Source: a bacterium
Lineage (GTDB): Bacteria > JADJOY01
Assembly (NCBI GenBank): GCA_046331705.1
Contig: JAXLQJ010000030.1
Span: 1-64,000, forward strand
Reading direction: 5' to 3'
Length of the DNA stretch: 64,000 bases
Shown one piece after another: positions 11,751 through 20,337 of this stretch. The position numbers were made by a program, and so were the translations under genes. The notes under the pieces are model-generated. The model did not search any database. It had not been told where the DNA came from and was given only the letters and a program-made list of their open reading frames with translations. How positions within the stretch are numbered: the first letter of the stretch is position 1; the number at the start of each line of letters is the position of its first letter.

Positions 11751-12125
11751 TCAACCTTGCAGCGTCATGGCGAGCGAATCCGGAGAATCAAACACCCCAC
11801 CAAACAAGAGCAATGCGATCCACGGCCCGGTCACAATCGCGACGGTGAGGGCGCCTGTACAAGAACCGACGCTCGGGTTCGTGGCAGTTCCCCAAAGGAC
11901 GACGTTGACGACTGACGCGATGGGCGGGAAAGCAATGGCACGTGGTGCAGGCCGAGACATCCGCGCAGAATCCACGCTACCTTCGGGCCACGCGAAGAGG
12001 ATTGCTGTCCCGCCAAGCGCGCCGATCCCACGCAGAAGTCCGTCCGTGTCGAGGATGCCGGCAAAGAGAAACCAGATGGCTGCAGCAGATCCGAGGCAGC
12101 AAGCCGCAATCAGATACGGTCTCAT
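11751..12125 (-). CDS. Putative cassette-borne membrane protein
   Basis: Lower GC, several hydrophobic segments; ATG about 20 bp after the R'-like GCTGGAC of the attC at 12148. Confidence 0.55.
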   Translation of the reverse strand: MRPYLIAACCLGSAAAIWFLFAGILDTDGLLRGIGALGGTAILFAWPEGSVDSARMSRPAPRAIAFPPIASVVNVVLWGTATNPSVGSCTGALTVAIVTGPWIALLLFGGVFDSPDSLAMTLQG

Positions 12126-12147
12126 CGCAGCGCGCTCAATCTGAACC

Positions 12148-12249
12148 GTCCAGCCCCAGGCTCGACGCCGGCGCAGACTACCCCGAGACCCAGACGAACG
12201 CGAGAAACTGTCAAATGTTGTGGATGAAGGCGTCGGTCAGGCCTTGGGC
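12148..12249 (-). repeat. Degenerate attC site E
   Basis: Arms GTCCAGC-CCCAG-GCTCGACGCC and GGCGTCG..AGGCC-TTGGGC; internal GACTACC and CCAGACGAACGC shared with the other attC sites. Confidence 0.45.
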
Positions 12250-12269
12250 TGGTCCTCTCGTTCCTACTC

Positions 12270-14489
12270 GAAGTCCTCGCCCTGGCCGTCTGGGGCTGGT
12301 CGGATCAGTTGATCGCCTCCACCGAGGAGGTGCGGATGAAGAGCCGATCTGATCGACAGCGTGGTCGCCGGTCAAACACGAGGTAGATGGGCGGTACCCG
12401 ATCTCGCTGCGGCGGGCCGTGGTCGCCTACGTGCACGAGCAACGCAGCGTCGGACGCGCCTCGCCGGTGGCTCTGGAGCTGGGGGTGACGGGCCGACGCT
12501 CCTCACTGGGTGCGGACCGCATCGCCGTCGATCCGGCCGGTCACGATCGCGACCGCGTCGGCGTCGTGAGGTCGCTCGCGCTGCAGTCGAAACGACCCGT
12601 GCCCTGGCCAGTGGCCACCGCGTCGAGGGCTCGACGTGGACAGCCGTCGCGGTCGATCGTGTGCTCGCGTGATCAGGTCAGTCGTCGCTCCATGTACTTG
12701 CCTGCACGGCGCCGGTCGACATGCGCAAGGGCTTCGAGGGCTCTCCGCCCTCGTGCGCCAGGTGCTGCATCGCGATCCAGCAGGTGGCCTCTCCTCTTCA
12801 CGAATCGCGCGGAAGCGCTGCCAAGGTGCTGCTCTGGGACCAGGACGACTGCCTCTGCGCGGCGACTCGAAGAAGACGAATTCGCCGACCTCGCGCGCGC
12901 AGGAACAGGCGAGCCTGGTGCTCACCGCCACCGAATTGCAGCTCTCTCGAAGGCGGCGACCTGATCGGACAGCGCTCGCTTTCACCTGATTTTGGTGAAA
13001 GGATCTTGTGATCGGTGCGTCGTTGGGAGAAAACGCGCCGCCATGCGCCTCTCGAGCACATCCACGACGAGCACGTGCCGTTCGCGGTGTTGCAGCAGCG
13101 CCGGATCGAGGATCCTGCGGGGCGGCTGCGCGATCCAGCGCCGGATCGCCGAGGCAGCTTGAGGACGCACAGCTCGTCTTCCTGAGCGAGATCGTGTCGG
13201 CTTGAGCAACGGTCGCGCATCGAGCAGCGCGCGTTCGGCGATTCCGAGCGTCGGCGGTATCGCGGCCCTACGGATGAACCCACCGATCCAGCTCGCGGCG
13301 GCCGCGGCAGCAGTCGCTTCCGATCGAGGGCGGGTGCGTGCTGCCGAGGGCGAGCGCGGCTGTCCGTCGTGCGGCGTGAAGATCGACGAGTGGGCCGGGC
13401 AGTACGAGGACGGCGACGAGATCACCGTCGAGATGCCGCGTTCGCTCGTGCGCCACCGTCGCCGAAGTACGCTGCGGGTGCAACGGCGCCGTGGTCGGCG
13501 CCCGTCCCGCAAGCTCATCCCGGCGGCCGGTACTCGATCGGCTGGCGTCGATGTGGCGATTACACCTCGACCACCTGCCGCTCGAGCGTCAGGTGCGGGT
13601 GATGGCGCGCAGGGCCTCACGATCGCGAGCCAGACGCTCTGGGATCGAATGGCACCGCCGAGCACCTGGCGCCGACTTCGGCGCGCTGATTGGGCGGATT
13701 CGCGTGCCGGGATGCATGCGGACGAAACCTGGTGGCGGTTGATGGGCACCAAGTCGTCGCCGAAGCGTTGGTGGGCGTGGTCGGGACCGGGACGCCGTTG
13801 CGTATCGCATCCTGGCAGGCCGCTCGACGAAGCCGCGAGGTGGTGCTCGGCGACTACCACGAGATCCGCTGATGGTGGCCGGGTACGGGCGTACGAAGCG
13901 CTCGACGCGCAAGTCCGGGATGAAGCTCGCGCATTGCTGGGCCACGTGCGGCACGGAAGTACCTGGAGATCCGACGGTATCGATCGAGGTCGAGCCGGTG
14001 CTGGGCTCGTCGGCGAGCTACGCCGTGGAGCCTGCTCGCGGCGTCACCGGATCAAATCCGCATGGCCGTCACCCGAACGCTCGCGGCCGCTGGTGGCGAT
14101 CCGCGACTGGAACGCTCATGCAGCGGAGACCCCGGCAGCGCGCTGCGCAAGGCGATCCAGTACATGCTGGGGATGGTCGGGTCTGACGCTCTTCGACGAT
14201 CCGCGCGTGCCACTCGATAACGCACCATCGAGCGCGATGCGTGGCCCGGTGGGCAGGAAGAATCTCTTCCCGAGATCGCGTTCGAAGCGCGGCACCGAGG
14301 TCGCGGCGCTCTTCTACAGCCTCCTGGAGACGGCGAAGCCTGCGGCGTCGATCCGAAGCACTACCTCACCGAAGCCGCCCACCGCGCCATCGACGAGCCC
14401 GGTGCGCTGCCCTCCCCCACAGCCGCTGATCGAGTGCGGTCCCGCGGAACCGCGCCGCGAGATCACGCCCGGGCCAGGGCGAGACTTAC
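12270..14489 (+). mobile_element. IS66-family element (tnpA-tnpB-tnpC, all frameshifted)
   Basis: Terminal IRs GAAGTCCTCGCCCTGGCC / GGCCAGGGCGAGACTTAC; TnpB-like VDMRKGFEG, LFTNR, KVLLWD; TnpC-like CPSCG, HADET, AHCWAH, PLDN, GRKN, FYSLLETAK; approximate flank duplication GTTCCT(A/T)C. Confidence 0.88.
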
Positions 14490-15163
14490 GTTCCTTCCTC
14501 ACCCGTCCTCGAACCACCCAGCTCGCACCTGAGCGACCAGGTGCGGCGCGTTCACCGGAGCCAGCGCTGCTGCGGCATCTCCAGCAGCGAAGGCCATGAG
14601 CAGCCCCTTCGCGCGAGACCCAGCACCCTTCGTGACGAACGCATCCCGGACGGCGTCTGCTGCAGCGCTTCTCGCACGCACTCGGTCACATTGCCTGTCG
14701 GCGTTTCCGTCCTCGCGGTGCGCACCGACAAGATGCTCAAGACGCTGAAGCTCGCTCGTCTCGACTTGAGCACGAGGCCGAGCTGCGCCGGCTCATCGGT
14801 GTGGATCTCTTGATCGTGGACGATTTTGGCCTCGACGCCATGGACGCGCTCGAGCCGCGACGCGCACGAGATCATCACCGAGCACCTGCCGAGCTCGATG
14901 ATCGGCGACCTCGAACGCGGCCGGACGATGGCTCGCCCGCGCCGACCAGGTCGGCCCGAGCGCCATCGACCGCCTGCAGCACCAGCGACCTGATCATCCA
15001 GGCGAGTGTGCCGAGACCTCGGCCGAGACCGCCAGCGCCCGCGTGAAGGCTGGACAAGGAACACGAGGGTCGTCAGCTCGTCCGGCATCGGCCCGGAAAT
15101 CTTCGTCGAGCAGGGTCGCTCTCCTGGCCGACCTCGCCCGACGGTTGAGCCTGGCGATCGACA
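14490..15163 (+). mobile_element. istB: IS21-family remnant (istB ATPase fragment and probable right end)
   Basis: LGHIACR, SVLAVRTDKMLKTLKLARLD, DLLIVDDFGLDAMD (Walker B), AIDRL; end ...CTGGCGATCGACA; istA not seen. Confidence 0.7.
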
Positions 15164-15216
15164 GCCATCAATCCTCCAGCCCGTGTTGTTCGAAGGAGGA
15201 AGCTCCACCCCGGTCC

Positions 15217-15295
15217 GCCCAACCCAGCTCACCAGCGGCCACGAACTACCACGCGTTCAGGCCTGTGTTCCTTGCGCCGACTGGTCGCGCCGAGT
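15217..15295 (-). repeat. attC site D (its R'' end displaced to 16558-16561 by IS3)
   Basis: Plus strand GCCCAAC-CCA-GCTCACCAG-CGGCCACGAACTACCACG...CTGGTCGC-GCCGA-GT|CGAC. Confidence 0.7.
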
Positions 15296-16553
15296 TGAAC
15301 GCCCGGGTTCCGGAACTCAATCGAAGAGGATGGGGTCATGGGACGCAAGAGCAAGTATCCGAACGAGGTGCGTGAGCGAGCGGTGCGGCTGGTCTACGGC
15401 CAGCAGGGTCAGCACGAGTCGGTGGGCGGCGATCTCGGCGATCGCCGGCAAGATCGGGTGCACGCCCGAGACGCTGCGGCTGTGGGTGCGCCAGGCCGAG
15501 CGTGACACGGGCAAGCGGGCCGGCCTGACGACCAGCGAGCGGGATCGCCTGAAGGACCTGGAGCGTGAGGTCCGCGAGTTGAAGCGGGCCAACGAGATCC
15601 TTGCAAGGCGTCCGCGTTTCGCTGACGGCGAGAACCGACCGCCGACCTCGCTGATGGTGACCTTCATCGATCAGCACCGGACCGAGTACGGGGTCGAGCC
15701 GATCTGCGACGTGCTGCCGATCGCCCCGTCGACGTACTACGCGCATCGGGCGTGCCCGGGATCGGCCAAGCGTCCGGCGCGCGCGAAGCGCGGCGAGGCG
15801 CTGCGCCCAGAGATCCAGCGGGTGTGGAACGAGAACCAGGCCGTCTACGGCGTGAGGAAGGTCTGGCAGCAGCTGGCCCGCGAGAAGGTCGGCGGCGCGT
15901 TGCACCGTCGATCGCCTGATGCGCGGCCTGGGGCTGCGAGGTGCCGTCTGCGGCCGCGCCTTCCAGGTCACGACGACGGCTGACGGGCCCGCGCGGCCAC
16001 CCGACCTGGTCGCTCGGCGCTTCACCGCGACACGGCCCAACCAGCTCTGGGTCGCGGACATCACGTCGCCGACCGGCTGGGTTTCGTGTACGTCGCGTTC
16101 GTGATCGACGTGTTCTCGGCGCATCGGTGGCGAGTGTCGAGTCCGCTGAAGACCGATCGCCCTCGATCGCTCGAGCAGGCGCTGCGCCGCCCCGGTGCCG
16201 ACGGCGTCGTGGTCCACAGCGACAGGGCCGGCAATACACAGCGATTCGCTATACCGAACCCTCGCCGCCGTCGGCGCGGTGCAGTCCGTCGGCAGTGTCG
16301 GCGACCTACGACAACGCCCTCGCCGAGACGATCAACGGGCTCTACAAGGCCGAGGTGATCCGCAGGGGCCGGGCAACATCGATATGGTCGAGTACGCAAC
16401 GCTGGTCTGGGTGGACTGGTCAACAACCGCCTCTCGAGCCGATCGGGTACGTCCCGCCGGCCGAGTACGAAGCGGCGTACTATCGAGGTCAAGAGAGCCA
16501 GGCCGCTGGCCTGACTCAAGTAATCCGGTCTCCGGATTTCCCGGGGCAGTTCA
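15296..16553 (+). mobile_element. IS3-family (IS51/IS6110-like group) element, frameshifted orfA/orfB
   Basis: Ends TGAAC..CCCGGG / CCCGGGGCAGTTCA; 4-bp GAGT duplication at 15292-15295 and 16554-16557; Orf[29 protein letters not shown]; OrfB YGVEPIC, WVADIT, HSD, YDNALAETINGLYKAE. Confidence 0.92.
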
Positions 16554-16561
16554 GAGTCGAC

Positions 16562-16850
16562 GATACGTCTGTTTTTTGATCTGTGCACGGCGCCGGCCCA
16601 AGCAATGAGTACATCGCGAAGAACCAAACGGCGTTGGTGACCCACGCCGCGGCGCCAGACGGGCGGCTATGCAGCAGGCCAGCTATAGCGTCACCAGGAA
16701 AGCAACAACAAATGCAGGCAGTCCCAAGAAGAGCATCAGGAAGGATCCCGCATGGGCGAAGCCCGCGAAGACATCAACTATGACGCGGCTAACACCAACA
16801 AGTGCAGGCGAATACGCAGAACACGGCCAAGCGCCACCATTCGAGGCCCG
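16562..16850 (-). pseudogene. Putative cassette membrane protein (frameshifted)
   Basis: Hydrophobic pieces FAHAGSFLMLFLGLPAFVVAFLV and AAWVTNAVWFFAMYSLLG between attC C and attC D. Confidence 0.4.
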
Positions 16851-16898
16851 GCGGGTGATCGGGCTCTCGTTTCGTTCAGTCACGATCTGCCTTGTTTC

Positions 16899-16986
16899 GT
16901 CGAACGCCGCGCTCACCGCAGCTACGGTAGACCGCGGTCAGACGAGCGCAACCTCGCGTGCCGACAGGTGCAGCGCGATGTTGAGC
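16899..16986 (-). repeat. attC site C
   Basis: Minus strand: R'' GCTCAAC, 5-bp spacer ATCGC, L'' GCTGCACC (extra base), L' GGTGAGC, 5-bp spacer GCGGC, R' GTTCGAC. Confidence 0.82.
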
Positions 16987-17253
16987 TTCCGCGTGCCAAG
17001 GGCGCTCAAGCGTCCTCGAACACGACAACGAACTCCAACATCTCATTCTGGGCGTCTTGCAGGCAAGCTAGAGGAGGCATCGCGAGGAAGGCGATTGAGC
17101 ACGTTCAGCCCCTTCAAACCAGGCGTAGCGGAGATCGTCGCCTTCGATAGCGGACGCACTCCAGCGCGTCCCAGTTTCCTCCGTAGGCCAGGAAATCGAG
17201 GGCGCCGGCAAGAAGCTCATGCAGCGAGGCCGAGAACGTAGCATGCGCGACAT
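16987..17253 (-). pseudogene. Putative small cassette gene (frameshifted)
   Basis: Pieces EGDDLRYAWFEG and LACLQDAQNEMLEFVVVFED between attC B and attC C. Confidence 0.35.
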
Positions 17254-17303
17254 TGATCACGATCACTTCGGGGCGCTGAGTCAATCCTGCCTGCTAACCC
17301 AGA

Positions 17304-18827
17304 TGGAATGAGAAGGCTGACCTCCCGATCACGAGATGTCGTGAACGATCTCAAGGTTGGATCAACGGGCTCGAAGCCCAAACAGGGTCAGCCATGAGCG
17401 ATCGTGCCACGAAGTCCTTCGATCGAAGCGCAGGCCGCCCCGCTTCCGCCCCTCACCGCCGGCCTCGACGTCGGCGACCGCCACTCGACGATGTGCTTCA
17501 TCGACGCCGCCGGCGAAACGGTCGAGCGTACGCGGGTGCGCACCACCTCCGAGGCGTCCGGGGCATTCGGCCACCGCGCACCGCTGCGCATCGCCCTCGA
17601 GGTGGGTACCCACTCTCGATGGATCCGTCGGCTGCTCGTCGAGCTCGGTCACGAGGTGTTCGTCGCGAATCGTCGGGTCCGAGCGATCCGAAGGACACGA
17701 AGACCACGTCGGATGCCGAGATGCTGCGCGACTTCGCGCGGGTCGACCCAGCTTTGTCCCGTCGAATCGCCGCGAGGATGGCCGGGCGCTCGCGGTGCGC
17801 AGTCGCGACGGTGTCCGCGCGCGCACTCTGCTCATCAACCACGTCCGCGGTGCCATCAAGCCGGTGTCGGAAGCACTGTTCGTCCGAGAGCCGCACGCCA
17901 GGCGCCGGAGCAGATTCCCGCGGAGCTGCAGGCGGTGCTTCAGCCCGTCATCGAGCAGATCGGCCACCTGACCCGCACCGTCCGAGAGTTCGAGCAGATC
18001 GAGGCTCGAGCAATTCCCCGACGCACAACGGCTGCGGGATTCAAGCGTTGGTCCCGTGACCGCGCTCACCTTCGTTTTGACCGTCGACGACCCGGCGCGG
18101 TTCCAGAACGCGCATGATCGGACCCTATCTCGGACTTTACCCCCGGCGAAAACAAAGCGCCCGGGACGATCCGCAGCTCGGCATCACGAGCGGGCGAGAC
18201 CTGCGCAAGCTCGTCGTCACCTGCGCGCAGCACACGCTAGGCCCATTCGGCAAAGATAGCGCCTTGCGCCGCTGGGGACTCCAGCGAGCAGGCCCGGCGA
18301 TCGGATCGCCAAGAAGAAAGCGGTCGTTGGCGTCGCCCGGCGACTGACCGTCGTGATGCTGCACCTGTGGGTGGTGGCGAAACCACCGGCCGTTTCCGAC
18401 GCCCGCGCCACCCGCGCGACCGCCTTCCCCGGAAAAGACCGTCGAGAAGGAGAAGAGGCGGCATAGCCGGCGACTCAGAGAAACGAACACCAGATGGAAC
18501 CGATGGAGCAACGGAAGGCCGCGGCGCGGGTCGCGGATCTCGGCGACCAGCACCGCCACCTCGTCCGGGTGACCGAGCTGCGAGGCTCCGGCAGACCCAG
18601 ATGGCGGCACCAGGGCGAGTCGGACTCCAGCCTGCACCGAGGAACCACCGGCTCACCCGAGTGCGAATGGAAGCGTGGCGTCGGTGGTTCGCCCGCCTTC
18701 GATCGTCGGCCCGCGACGGTCGGCCTTCCCGACTGCTCTTCGAGAAACCGTTCATCTACCCGCGAATACGCCGAACGGGCACCGCCGCCTCAACAAGGAG
18801 TGAACTTGAGGAGAGCCTTCATGGAGA
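17304..18827 (+). mobile_element. IS110-family (IS1111-like architecture) element with frameshifted transposase and 3' non-coding region
   Basis: GLDVGDRHS, ALEVGTHSRWI, DAEML, RTLLINHVRG, GPVTAL, YLGLYPRRKQS, KKKAVVGVARRL; sub-terminal IRs ATGAGAAGGCT (17308) / AGCCTTCAT (18814); AGA shared at both junctions. Confidence 0.85.
18560..18780 (+). ncRNA. Candidate bridge/seek RNA of the IS110 element
   Basis: Non-coding region after the transposase with stems CGGGTGA/TCACCCG (18566/18653) and GAACCACCG/CGGTGGTTC (18642/18682); contains ACCCAGATGG, identical to the left junction. Confidence 0.5.
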
Positions 18828-18898
18828 ACCAGCAGCGGCCACGGACTACCGCGGCGTCGCGCATCCCGGTTGCCGAGTGCTGCAGCGGCCAGTTGGAC
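18828..18898 (-). repeat. attC site B (its R' end at 17292-17303, separated by IS110)
   Basis: Minus strand R'' GTCCAAC-TGGCC-GCTGCAGC; core GCGGCCACGGACTACCGCG; R'-like GTTAGC beyond the IS. Confidence 0.72.
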
Positions 18899-18912
18899 GG
18901 TGTTCACTGCGA

Positions 18913-19395
18913 TCACGCAGGCGGACGCGTGTGGTACCAAACAAAGTCGCATCCGCTCATTGCTTCCCAGGGAATCGACTCAGCGGCGGCTGCATGCAAC
19001 TTCCCACACGTCAATCTCCCCATGCGCATTCGGGATGCGGTCGCCTGGCGACGGTGGTCGTGCCGTCGATCTTCTCGTATGCACGGAGGCGCTTGGCATT
19101 CCCAAACTTCGAGCTGTACGTAACCCGAGGTGCCTTCGCAACAAAGAACACAGCCTTACTCGTCTGCGATAGACCAGGCAGCAACTCGCGAGGACGTCCT
19201 CACTGCAGTGCCAGGTCGTGCCCGAGCAGAACGGTCCAACCGTGCGCTGAGCCGATGCCGATCTCTTGCTTTGCCAGTGATCCAGCATGCGGGAAGGCTG
19301 CGGAAATCGAGGATCGGCCAGCTCAGCGCCGCGAGAACATCGCCAGGATCTGCTTCGGCGCTGTATTCCAACTAGGAATCCTGTCGAAATCCCAT
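18913..19395 (-). pseudogene. Putative cassette gene, about 160 aa soluble hypothetical (frameshifted)
   Basis: GGGGAG RBS then ATG; pieces IGIGSAHGWTVLLGHDL, GTSGYVQLEVWE, RLRAYEKIDG; stop 14 bp before R'' of attC B. Confidence 0.45.
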
Positions 19396-19429
19396 CTTGA
19401 AGAATCTCCCCGCTTGGGCGACCGGCGTC

Positions 19430-19514
19430 CGTCAACCCTGCTCACCTGCGGCCACGGACTACCACGGGATCCAGACGAGCGCCACCACGCGTCAGGTGCA
19501 GCGATCAGTTCGGT
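19430..19514 (-). repeat. attC site A
   Basis: Minus strand: ACCGAAC-TGATC-GCTGCACCTG ... CAGGTGAGC-AGG-GTTGACG; core GCGGCCACGGACTACCACG. Confidence 0.8.
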
Positions 19515-19976
19515 TGTCAGCCTCGGCAGAGAATCGCCATCCACAAGAACGGGAGAGTTGCGGCGGTGAGAGCTGCCGTGGTCATGGCAACTGCCGCGGC
19601 ACCGTAGTTGAGTATCCATGTTGGTGCCGGGACGGCGTAACGCGATGACGAGCTGAAGGCCCGAGGACGGAATCGCCCATCGGGGTCGATCGCCATCGCG
19701 ATCGAGTGAACGCCCCGACGGTCGAGTCAAACCCCGCGAACCACCGCGCTCGCGTAGCCAGGTACATCAGGGAACCGAGACCGCGAGTGCGGCGAGGAGG
19801 CGGATCTGGGCATCGGACCGCGAGGATCGCTCGCAGATCTTGCCACCACGAAGATGGCTACGGCCTTCGGTCCAAGGACGACTGGAGCTGAGAGGAGGCG
19901 CAGTAAAAGACAATCGTTCCGGCTCCGATCGCCTGGTATCCAGTCAGCCATCATTCAGGAGGAACCCACAGCTCAT
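19515..19976 (-). pseudogene. First cassette gene, membrane protein (frameshifted)
   Basis: GAGGTG RBS and ATG just after GTTCGGT; hydrophobic pieces ending NYGAAAVAMTTAALTAATLPFLWMAIL at attC A. Confidence 0.45.
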
Positions 19977-19986
19977 CACCTCATCA

Positions 19987-20010
19987 ACCGAACACTCCTA
20001 TTCGACGGAA
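19987..20010 (-). other. attI-like recombination site heading the array
   Basis: Minus strand TTCCGTCGAATAGGAGT-GTTCGGT; GTTCGGT is the exact complement of R'' ACCGAAC of attC A; lacks the family attC core. Confidence 0.5.
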
Positions 20011-20270
20011 CTAGATAGCTCCGGGCTATGCCGCGTGCGTGCCATGTATTCCGGCCGTTGCCGCGTCGAACCCGCTGAAATCCTTCGGTGACGCAACGAT
20101 ACGCCGGGGCCGGGGGAGTACAACCCCGCTATCTGGGCGAGGATAGCGCTGGGGCGGGCTCGAGCTGCGCGGCGGCGCGGACGGGGCGGCGCCCTCCATC
20201 GGGTACGCCGGAATCCCCGCACCTGCTTCGGGGCCCGTCGCGGCCGCCCTTCCCGCCCACGATCGGCGCC

Positions 20271-20305
20271 AAGAAGAAGGGCGCGAGGGGATTACCCTCG
20301 CGCCC
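20271..20305 (-). terminator. Intrinsic terminator of the sulfotransferase gene
   Basis: 11-bp stem GGGCGCGAGGG/CCCTCGCGCCC followed on the minus strand by TTCTTCTT. Confidence 0.7.
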
Positions 20306-20337
20306 CGGTCTGGCCGAAGCTTGGTCGGTTGGTCAGG

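Noticed and set aside
12209-12225. TGTCAAATG as the IS21 left end
   Set aside because: Poor match to the putative right end (TGTCGATCGCCAG), and it falls inside attC-like site E.
12669-12990. TnpB as an RNA-guided nuclease
   Set aside because: This is the IS66 accessory TnpB (DMRKGF motif), unrelated to IS200/IS605 TnpB or Cas12.
15235-19466. Repeated 19-nt motif as a CRISPR array
   Set aside because: Copies are hundreds to thousands of bases apart, lie inside attC-shaped palindromes, and no cas genes are present.
19590-19615. Additional attC end (ACTCAAC on the minus strand)
   Set aside because: No matching L boxes or partner arm; it lies within the first cassette's coding sequence.
20010-20270. 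tRNA or integron integrase remnant at the island edge
   Set aside because: GC hairpins are present, but I could not see a cloverleaf/T-loop or tyrosine-recombinase motifs (HxLRHS, TTxIY, SPLD).
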